The notes beneath the pieces were generated by a model. It searched no databases and was not told where the DNA came from. It saw only the letters and a program-made list of their open reading frames with translations. The translations under genes were made by a program, and so were the position numbers. From positions 12,016-76,015 of the IMG/VR virus record IMGVR_UViG_3300027852_000038: DNA of 64,000 bases; one strand, given 5' to 3'. Positions 31,494-39,296 of this stretch are shown here, in pieces. The stretch is from a virus. Within the stretch, counting starts at the first letter, position 1; each line of letters begins with the position of its first letter.

Positions 31494-31563
31494 TTTATCA
31501 CCCCTCTTATATTATATATTTAAATATTTAATCTTATATTTAAATATATAGGGGAGTGATAAA
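31494..31563. promoter_or_regulatory. Inverted repeat covering the protease RBS, enclosing two ATATTTAAATAT palindromes
   Basis: TTTATCAC-CCCT (31494-31505) versus AGGGGAGTGATAAA (31550-31563); palindromes at 31516-31527 and 31535-31548. Confidence 0.6.
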
Positions 31564-31565
31564 AT

Positions 31566-31763
31566 TTATTTATTTTTTGACATAACCATGTCTTCCACTG
31601 CAAGATAATACAAACCCTCGGTCGGGATATCCGGATTTTCAGCCTTCAACCGGTCAATATTTGCAGCAAAATAAGGCCCAAAAGATTTATGGAACCATTC
31701 TTTATGTGCCTGGTCCTCTTCTATTTCTTCATCTGTTATAGTCTCTCGATATACCGTTGGCAT
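31566..31763 (-). CDS. small acidic protein downstream of the ART fusion (candidate immunity/partner)
   Basis: 65 aa; starts 1 nt after the portal-fusion stop; role inferred from position only. Confidence 0.6.
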   Translation of the reverse strand: MPTVYRETITDEEIEEDQAHKEWFHKSFGPYFAANIDRLKAENPDIPTEGLYYLAVEDMVMSKNK

Positions 31764-31764
31764 T

Positions 31765-34700
31765 TTACATTCTCCCTTTTATTGGTTCAACAACTACCCA
31801 CCTTATTGATGCCCTATCTACATGAGTGGAAATAATCTTGTAATAATTTTTTACAGCTATTTCTTGTTCATTCTCAAAAGGAAACAAGTCAAAAGAAGTT
31901 ATCTCCTTCTTGTTGTTTACAAGTTCATTTACATCTTGAACCGGATTAATTTTCTCAAAAGCCATATTATTATCTAAATACGTTTTCGCTTCCTTTTTTG
32001 GTATCTTGATCAAGACTTGATCTGTATCTTGAAAACGATAAGATGCAGGCCCAAAAGAACTATAACCCAAATCCATCTCTTTACCTACGATCCCCGCATC
32101 AAATTCTTTATTTGTTATATTATACTTACGTAAAGCCCCGCTTCTTCTCAAAACCAAATGATCTTTTATTTCACAAACCTCTGATACTGCCTTTGGAACC
32201 CTTTTTTTGAAAGTATCCCTTATATATTTATTGTCTAACTTCTTGTGTAATTCTGCCAATCTTTTTCCCTTGTGATAAAATTTTTTCATGGCTTGTGACT
32301 CAGTGTATAAATCCACCACATGCCTCAGATCAGGTGCCCCCCTCTCCATTGTAGGCATTAAACCCTGCCGAACTAAAAAAGGCGCATCTTCCATCACCTC
32401 TTCTAAACATTTTAACTGACGGCCCGTTTTTACATTTCCAAAGTTTGAATCGCCTACCCAATTAAACACCTGTTTGACGTCCGTCCGTAATTTTTTCTTA
32501 ACTTTCATTACCAATTCTTGATTATTTGCAGCAGACATCCCACCCGCTAGATTCTCTGTCATCTTTTCCCACGCAGCTAATTTTTTAGCAACGGCCTTTT
32601 TAACTTTTATTTCATCCAACCTTTTTGCCGGTATTTCATCCATTAAAAAGAAAACCTGTCTGCTTGGTCCGGCCTTTTTATTTAATTCAATCATGCGTTT
32701 AATCAAGTCCGAAGCCTTCTTTATCTCAACAGCGGAACCCGTCTTGAGTAAATCGGCTTTTATTTTTGCCAAAACACTATCCTGAATATGGGGTTGAAAC
32801 TTTGTAAAATCCTCCACAAACTTACTTGACAAAGCTTCCATATCGCCTTTTACATCAACGTCTTTTGGTTTAATCGGTTCCATCTTACCAGGAACCTTTG
32901 ACAAGGCTGTTGGAATTGTCGTGCATCTACAGTTAGCAGTTTGATCTACTGACCCGTATGGATCATGAGGATACCGACAACCCGTGTGCGGGAACTTTTC
33001 ACCGATACGAACAGGATCAGCGGCGGCCTGTTTAACATGAGGTTCTCTAACTAAACCATCACCTGCCGAAACCCACTTATGTTCAACCACGCCCTTTGCC
33101 TGGTGTCCCATAAACCTTCCAGAATTATACGCAGTTCCAGCAATATCACGAGCCCAAGACAAGGCTTTTTCTTGCGTCAATTGAGTAACCTTAGTAAACA
33201 AGTGTTTCCGTATTTGGTCCACTGGCATACCTACGTCAACCGCTGCCTTGCCCAACTTAGATATTCGATTTAAAGTTCTTAAGGGCAGGCTTTCTGCCTT
33301 TAATGCCAATGTGCTAATAGATCCACCAACAGTCTCGATCTGTTCCGGGGTCAAATATTGAGTCAAAACAGTTGACCCCTTGTAGTCAGCAAACAAATCC
33401 TTGGCAGTGAAAGCCCCCATCTTGTCAATCTTATCTAACTCAAGGAAAGCTTTACTGATTCCAAGATTGACTGTTTCCCTTAATTTTGGCAATGCTCCAT
33501 CATTCCACACCCACATCCAAAAATCTAACTCAATGTTAAAAACACCCGTGGTTTTAAGATCACTTAAAAGTCTGTCAACAACCTGTCTACCCCAAGTCCT
33601 TAGAAACGTTCCCCACCTAATAGCCAATTTCTCAAGTATGACATTTTCATACAAAGTTGCATACTCTCTTCCAAACCTGGACTTAAAGTCTATCAATGAA
33701 CCATTCTGAAACTTAGAAACGCAACCTTCTGAATTATTAACATCCTCTGAATTATTAACATCCTCTGGAGGATCTTCTGGAGGATCTTCTGGTGGATCCT
33801 CTTGTGGTTTTTCGTCTCCGTCCCCCGCTAAAGCAGGATTGCCCAGAATAACGGCGATTTCTGATTTTTTATACCCGGCCGATTGATAATTTTTAACAGC
33901 CGTTGACTCATTAACTGTATCAACGTATCGTCCTCTTACCTCTGAAATATTATAATCAATGGTATAGCCAGGAAAAAAAGTTTCAACAAGCCTTGTCTGG
34001 AACAGATCAGAAATATTAGTTAACTTTGGGGTCATTGTGGATTCCCAAAAAATTTTCATCTGGGCATTCGTGTTGGCATAGTTTGCATAACGGAAGATGC
34101 CAACCATGGCCGGGGGAACCCCATAAGTGGCACAGATCTCTTCCCTTGTGTTCTGCTTACCTGTTGCAAAGTCGGCATCTTTAGCAGATGTATGATGTAT
34201 TTCTGCATCTACATCTTTACCGCCCACAATAAGCAAATTGTCATTATTTCCCCACCCACCGAAACCAGAAATAAGCCTTTTCTTAAATTCCCTCATTTGA
34301 GCAGCGTCAAGTTGCGTTGGTAATTTGACAACGACTGTCGGCCTGACGCCCTGCTTAAAAAAGTTTATATTCCATTTAGAAATATAAAAATCTTCTTCTA
34401 TTGAAAAAGCCGCCCGGGTATATGGAGCTTCCCCGGTGAATGCGTTAAGGGAAAACCCGGTCCTTATGAATATAAACTGCTCCAACGGATATTTCTTTGA
34501 CCCGGCCGCCCAATATTTTAAATTCCCCTTGCTGTCTAATACAGGAGTGAGGGAATAACCATCAATCAGATGCAGTTCTGTAGGCACCCCTTCCTTGAAC
34601 TTGTCCAGGCCTAAACCACAACCCCCAAAGTAAGACAAGTTTAAGAGAATAAAATGTGTTAAATCTGACAGTGTCCTTTTATTCTTTAAACCTCCCCGCA

Positions 34701-34896
34701 ACAACTCTAGTAATGGATCGCCAGCACTCACCTCTGTATCATTCTTTGTTATGATAAGAGGCACCCCCGCCCCTGCTTCCGATATCCTGGTTGAACAAAT
34801 ATAAATCCAACAAACCTTGCGCCACGCTTCCGCAAGAACAAAGGATTTATTTGAATTTGAACCACCACCACCAAAAATATTGCTAAAAATACTCAT
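31765..34896 (-). CDS. Portal protein fused to MuF (gp7-like) domain and C-terminal putative ADP-ribosyltransferase
   Basis: Portal: FFKQGVRP, EEICATYGVPPAMVG. MuF: KWVSAGDGLVREPH...NCRC. C-terminus: LVLRRSG / GYSSF / ENEQEIAV (R-S-ExE). Confidence 0.85.
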   Translation of the reverse strand: MSIFSNIFGGGGSNSNKSFVLAEAWRKVCWIYICSTRISEAGAGVPLIITKNDTEVSAGDPLLELLRGGLKNKRTLSDLTHFILLNLSYFGGCGLGLDKFKEGVPTELHLIDGYSLTPVLDSKGNLKYWAAGSKKYPLEQFIFIRTGFSLNAFTGEAPYTRAAFSIEEDFYISKWNINFFKQGVRPTVVVKLPTQLDAAQMREFKKRLISGFGGWGNNDNLLIVGGKDVDAEIHHTSAKDADFATGKQNTREEICATYGVPPAMVGIFRYANYANTNAQMKIFWESTMTPKLTNISDLFQTRLVETFFPGYTIDYNISEVRGRYVDTVNESTAVKNYQSAGYKKSEIAVILGNPALAGDGDEKPQEDPPEDPPEDPPEDVNNSEDVNNSEGCVSKFQNGSLIDFKSRFGREYATLYENVILEKLAIRWGTFLRTWGRQVVDRLLSDLKTTGVFNIELDFWMWVWNDGALPKLRETVNLGISKAFLELDKIDKMGAFTAKDLFADYKGSTVLTQYLTPEQIETVGGSISTLALKAESLPLRTLNRISKLGKAAVDVGMPVDQIRKHLFTKVTQLTQEKALSWARDIAGTAYNSGRFMGHQAKGVVEHKWVSAGDGLVREPHVKQAAADPVRIGEKFPHTGCRYPHDPYGSVDQTANCRCTTIPTALSKVPGKMEPIKPKDVDVKGDMEALSSKFVEDFTKFQPHIQDSVLAKIKADLLKTGSAVEIKKASDLIKRMIELNKKAGPSRQVFFLMDEIPAKRLDEIKVKKAVAKKLAAWEKMTENLAGGMSAANNQELVMKVKKKLRTDVKQVFNWVGDSNFGNVKTGRQLKCLEEVMEDAPFLVRQGLMPTMERGAPDLRHVVDLYTESQAMKKFYHKGKRLAELHKKLDNKYIRDTFKKRVPKAVSEVCEIKDHLVLRRSGALRKYNITNKEFDAGIVGKEMDLGYSSFGPASYRFQDTDQVLIKIPKKEAKTYLDNNMAFEKINPVQDVNELVNNKKEITSFDLFPFENEQEIAVKNYYKIISTHVDRASIRWVVVEPIKGRM

Positions 34897-37512
34897 CTAT
34901 TCCACCTCATCCCATAAACTTTCATTTAAGACTTGATCTGCAATAGTTTCATCCTCTCCACCAGTTGAGCCTATGAACATCGTGGGTAAATAATTTTGTC
35001 CATAATTGAAGACATTGATCACAGAACCAACTACCGCATCACTTAAATCTTTAGACTGTCCAGGCCTGTGGTCAATCTTCCTTTTCCGCTTGTCCCAAAC
35101 TAAATTTAAAAGCTCTCTCTTAAATATAGAGTTAGCCGGACAAATATATTTATCTGCTATAATCAGTCCTTTTAAAAATAAATATTCTTCGTCGGTCCTG
35201 TCAACAGAAACCAAACCACAGTTAATGCCCTCACTTTCTAGATATTGTAAGCTGCTTCTACTTTGAAAACTGTCTAAACTCACAAAGGCTATGTTATAAC
35301 CTAAATCTCGCAAGTGAACAATAAACTCAGCCACCCTTAAAATGGGAATTTCACCCACCGAAGGGGGAGAAAGAGACAGCATCCATTCTGTTGCCACATG
35401 AGGGTCTAAACCTCCCCGCATAGAGCAACCAATGTGAACAGAACAAGCTAAACCGGTTCGATCTGTTGTTATTGACTGATCTATATGAATACATCTGGGA
35501 ACTTCCCTGTCATAATTCGGCGTATCAATAAAAAAATCCTCAATTCTATCACTTCTTTTGGTGGATATTGAAATGATATCCTTGACAAACATTCTTTTCA
35601 ACATACTGGTGGTTGCTTTGTTTAAGGATCTCTCTGTTACAAACCCCACAGAACCCCTTAAACTTTTCCCAAGTATATCCTGAATACTGGCAACTATATC
35701 ATCTAGAAAATCATCAAGAAAATCAACCGGGACCGCCTCCAATTCAAGCCTATCAGCAAACTGATCAAACAATTCAATTGACCCGGCCTTTTTATCATAT
35801 TCAATTGACAGACCCTCCAACAACTCCACTAAGTCGTCCCGATTCTGAATAACTTTGGGGTCAAACATCTCTGAGCCCAAATACACATGAAATTTGTCAT
35901 CTGCTGAAAACTTAGCTGCGTTCACTTTCAGACCTTCAACAATGGTGACAAATCCCTTTCCACTACTATTCAATTTTTGAATTCGCTCTTCAACAAAAGG
36001 GGACTGATAGGAGGGGGAGGATATTAAAAGAGAAAGTCCGTTATCTTCTCCCTTAATATTAAAACGGGTTTTTCTCCTCCGCAGGGTAGCTTCATAAAGA
36101 ATTTTTGATTTACTTAAAACCTCAACATCTTTAGGACTGACCACACTTTTATAGAAATCCCCTTCATCAAGGAAAGTTCCAAATAAATCCATACCAATTT
36201 GATGGCCTACATCAGAACCATAGGTGACAGTCATTGAAGGATAAACCAGGCTTGAAATTACATTTTTATCACGAATAAAATACTTATTGAAATATGGTAT
36301 TGTGTCAGCAATTGCCATTATCCTACCATACCCCGTCCTTTTCGCTTGGGTCAAAGAAACTGAAAAATATACAAACCAAAGTATAGTTGATCGCATAAGA
36401 TTATAAATACCAGGAATAGGACTGAAACAAGACAGTTCATAAATTTTCCGGAACAGTGCAAACGCCGCCGCCGTTGTATTATGATTAATGACTCCCCCGG
36501 CATAAAATTGGTGTGTAACAGGAACAGACAAATCATAAACATTTACAGATTTCTTGATGATCTCAACCTTACATTCAGTGAAAACAAACCTTGTTTTGGG
36601 AGCCTGAGTTGGATTTGTGAGCCGGTTAAATTCAACCTCTGTAAACTCAAGACCAAAATAATTTATATAACCCTTCATTGATTTAACTTTAAACCGGGGG
36701 TAAATAGACAAAATATTTGACAACTCCTGAATAGATTTAATCAATCCTTTTGATTGGGAAGCAATCTCATAATGACGCTGACCCGGTCTAAGAAGCCCAA
36801 GTAAAAATCCTCTAATAAAATCTTTATTGCTTTTAAAAAACCACTCAGATAGTTTTTCCATCTCCAGACTTTCACCAAGTGACAAAGTCCCTGTGGCATG
36901 ACCAAACTCTCCCTCTGTTAAATCTTTAAACTCCTCTGGCCGAGTGGTCCTGTTGTTAAATAAAACAGGAACCTGCGTATCCAGGGCCACTCTTACACCG
37001 TTTTTTAGTTCTCCTAGTTTCTTAAGCTGAACCCCGTCAGGAGTAAGGACTTTAATTGGATGATCTTTTGTTCCCGATAAATCTATCCTATCACTGTAAA
37101 CCCTTACAACTTCCTGTTGGGTAGAATCTTTATAAAAGTAATCTGAACTGTGTGTGTCATCAACTTTGACCTCTAATGGAGTAAACCCATCAACTTCAGA
37201 AGGGGCAAGATCTTCTATTTTGATATACCCCTCCGAGGTCATAACACGGTTATTTCCAGTAATACACTTGCCAGAACCCAGACTTCCAAACAATACCCAC
37301 TCTGGTTGACCTGAATGTATAAATTCGGTTATTTCTTGCTTCCAAAAATCATAAAGCAACAAGCCATCAGGTCCACAATAAAAGCCGTTTTCCAGCCACT
37401 TTTCTATCGGGACAATCTCTCTTATTTGTTCAGTTTTAGTAGTGGCATGTATATCTGCAATACTCTGAAATATTTCAATTAATTTTGGTTGCATTTCCTG
37501 CCTTCTTTTCAA
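34897..37512 (-). CDS. terL: Terminase large subunit, intein-containing
   Basis: Walker A GSLGSGK|T split by an intein; Walker B FLDEGD; nuclease HIDQS, SLDSFQS, KDLSDA; upstream of portal. Confidence 0.93.
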   Translation of the reverse strand: MKRRQEMQPKLIEIFQSIADIHATTKTEQIREIVPIEKWLENGFYCGPDGLLLYDFWKQEITEFIHSGQPEWVLFGSLGSGKCITGNNRVMTSEGYIKIEDLAPSEVDGFTPLEVKVDDTHSSDYFYKDSTQQEVVRVYSDRIDLSGTKDHPIKVLTPDGVQLKKLGELKNGVRVALDTQVPVLFNNRTTRPEEFKDLTEGEFGHATGTLSLGESLEMEKLSEWFFKSNKDFIRGFLLGLLRPGQRHYEIASQSKGLIKSIQELSNILSIYPRFKVKSMKGYINYFGLEFTEVEFNRLTNPTQAPKTRFVFTECKVEIIKKSVNVYDLSVPVTHQFYAGGVINHNTTAAAFALFRKIYELSCFSPIPGIYNLMRSTILWFVYFSVSLTQAKRTGYGRIMAIADTIPYFNKYFIRDKNVISSLVYPSMTVTYGSDVGHQIGMDLFGTFLDEGDFYKSVVSPKDVEVLSKSKILYEATLRRRKTRFNIKGEDNGLSLLISSPSYQSPFVEERIQKLNSSGKGFVTIVEGLKVNAAKFSADDKFHVYLGSEMFDPKVIQNRDDLVELLEGLSIEYDKKAGSIELFDQFADRLELEAVPVDFLDDFLDDIVASIQDILGKSLRGSVGFVTERSLNKATTSMLKRMFVKDIISISTKRSDRIEDFFIDTPNYDREVPRCIHIDQSITTDRTGLACSVHIGCSMRGGLDPHVATEWMLSLSPPSVGEIPILRVAEFIVHLRDLGYNIAFVSLDSFQSRSSLQYLESEGINCGLVSVDRTDEEYLFLKGLIIADKYICPANSIFKRELLNLVWDKRKRKIDHRPGQSKDLSDAVVGSVINVFNYGQNYLPTMFIGSTGGEDETIADQVLNESLWDEVE
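36478..37266 (-). mobile_element. Intein in TerL P-loop (263 aa), degenerate LAGLIDADG remnant
   Basis: CITGNNRVMTSEG ... GTKDHPI ... VYDLSV ... INHN|T. Confidence 0.95.
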
Positions 37513-37867
37513 CTTTAGAAATCTCTTTAGAGAGTAGAGTGAAATCTTCCGGGGACATATTTGTCATTTTATAAACCATGGCATCGATTTCTTCTGAACC
37601 CTCTAAACCCGAAGGCTCCATTTGAATGGCCACCTTACGGACAAACTCAATCAAGTTGACCACTGCCTTGGATATAACTTGAACATCTTCTCTCAACTCA
37701 TTCAACTGTATATCTGAAAATTGAACACCCGAGCTAAAATCCCATTGACCTAAAATAGTAGCTTCAGCATCCTCTAAAAATTTTAAATGGCACTCAATCC
37801 TTGCCTTACTCTTCTCAACAATGTTAAAAAGAAATTCTTCTACAGTCCGTCTATTTAATTTTGCCAT
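37475..37867 (-). CDS. putative terminase small subunit
   Basis: Positional inference: helical 130-aa ORF overlapping the TerL start; no diagnostic motif. Confidence 0.4.
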   Translation of the reverse strand: MAKLNRRTVEEFLFNIVEKSKARIECHLKFLEDAEATILGQWDFSSGVQFSDIQLNELREDVQVISKAVVNLIEFVRKVAIQMEPSGLEGSEEIDAMVYKMTNMSPEDFTLLSKEISKVEKKAGNATKIN

Positions 37868-37893
37868 TTCTTTACTCCCCTTAACAAATCATA
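37822..37893. repeat. 72-bp exact direct repeat, copy 1
   Basis: Identical to 38526-38597; contains the RBS and first codons MAKLNRRTVEEFLFN. Confidence 0.95.
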
Positions 37894-37932
37894 CACCCAC
37901 CCTACTTATTATGCCATCATGGGTAAATAATT

Positions 37933-38571
37933 TTATCCATAATTGAAAACACCTATAACCGAACCAACAACAGCATCGGTTAGATCTTTAGACTGTCCAG
38001 GTCTGTGGTCAATTTTCTTTTTTTGCTTGTCCCAAACTAAATTTAACAGCTCTCTCTTAAATATAGAGTTAGCCGGACAAATATATTTACCTGCAAGAAC
38101 CAATCCCTTTAAAAATAAGTATTCTTCATCAGTTCTATCGACAGAAACCAAACCACAGTTAATGCCCTCGCTTTCTAAATATTGTAAGCTTGCCCTCGAC
38201 TGATATGAATCTAGACTAACAAAGGCTATATTATACCCTAAATCTCGCAAGTGAACAATAAACTCAGCCACCCTTAAAATAGGAATTTCCCCCACCGAAG
38301 GAGGAGCGAGAGACAACATCCATTCAGTTGCCACATATGAGTTTGATCCTCCCATCAATGAACAAGCTAATCCAGTTCGGCTGATATGAATACACCTGGG
38401 AGCTTTCCTGTCATAATTCGGAGCATCAATGAAAAAATCCTCAATTCCATCATTTCTTTTGGTAGAAATTGAAATGATATCCCCGACAAACATTCTTTTC
38501 AACATACTGGTTGGCGGTTTAGCCTTGTTAAAAAGAAATTCTTCTACAGTCCGTCTATTTAATTTTGCCAT
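37933..38571 (-). CDS. Paralog of TerL nuclease domain lacking first catalytic Asp, fused to 15 N-terminal residues of putative TerS
   Basis: By-hand alignment to the TerL C-terminus: 10 substitutions in the last 133 aa and two in-frame deletions, including DQSITT. Confidence 0.9.
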   Translation of the reverse strand: MAKLNRRTVEEFLFNKAKPPTSMLKRMFVGDIISISTKRNDGIEDFFIDAPNYDRKAPRCIHISRTGLACSLMGGSNSYVATEWMLSLAPPSVGEIPILRVAEFIVHLRDLGYNIAFVSLDSYQSRASLQYLESEGINCGLVSVDRTDEEYLFLKGLVLAGKYICPANSIFKRELLNLVWDKQKKKIDHRPGQSKDLTDAVVGSVIGVFNYG

Positions 38572-38597
38572 TTCTTTACTCCCCTTAACAAATCATA
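38526..38597. repeat. 72-bp exact direct repeat, copy 2
   Basis: Identical to 37822-37893; overlaps the 3' end of the sigma-like gene. Confidence 0.95.
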
Positions 38598-39296
38598 TGT
38601 TTGCTGTTGACTTTTTGTCTTTAACTCGACTTCCTCCCCCTCTAACTTCTTTCTTATATCACTAATAGACTCCATTACATTAGCCAAGGTTATATCCTTC
38701 ACAAACCGTATGTTCTTCCCGCTGAATAAATAAAACACATAAACTAGATCAGCTCCCAAGCGATCAAAAAGAAGCAACAAAGTGAAATAATCTAGCTTAT
38801 AGACCCGGCTTAAATAAGCCGCTAGAATTTCAAAGTCTAAACTGTCTCCCTTACTATGGGAATTTTTCTCTTCAAAATCATACTTCTTGGCCCTTTGCAC
38901 GGCCTCTCCTGAAGGTGGGTCAATGACATCACTTGCTTTTACCAAGGAATCGACAGAATTGACTGTATTATTAATCAAATCAGCCTTTAGAACCTCCCCT
39001 TCAGGAGTAGACAATAATGCAGCATCAAGGTGATAAGAGTCATCAAGTTTCCTGCCTGCTCTATAAATATCGGTTGATATAGAATTTCTAACAACAGTGA
39101 AAATGAAAGTCAAAAAATTTTGAGATTCATCATAATAATCAAGAGCTTCATACACCCGGACAACCGCCCTGCTTCTTACGTCGTCATCGTGGCGAAAAAG
39201 ATACCGAACAACCAGATAATCCACAAATTTCAACAACTCGGTTCCAAACTCTTCTGTTTCAGACCCGCCATTAAAATACAATTCGTTTAATTTCAT
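38559..39296 (-). CDS. Sigma-70 region 2-like phage transcription factor
   Basis: DDVRSRAVVRVYEALDYYDESQNFLTFIFTVVRNSI resembles sigma region 2; sits at the head of the packaging operon. Confidence 0.55.
   Translation of the reverse strand: MKLNELYFNGGSETEEFGTELLKFVDYLVVRYLFRHDDDVRSRAVVRVYEALDYYDESQNFLTFIFTVVRNSISTDIYRAGRKLDDSYHLDAALLSTPEGEVLKADLINNTVNSVDSLVKASDVIDPPSGEAVQRAKKYDFEEKNSHSKGDSLDFEILAAYLSRVYKLDYFTLLLLFDRLGADLVYVFYLFSGKNIRFVKDITLANVMESISDIRKKLEGEEVELKTKSQQQTYDLLRGVKKWQN

Noticed and set aside
30216-31520. Shared TATAATA as a T4-like late promoter
   Set aside because: Seen before capsid, protease and 51001, but not before most late genes, and expected by chance in AT-rich spacers.
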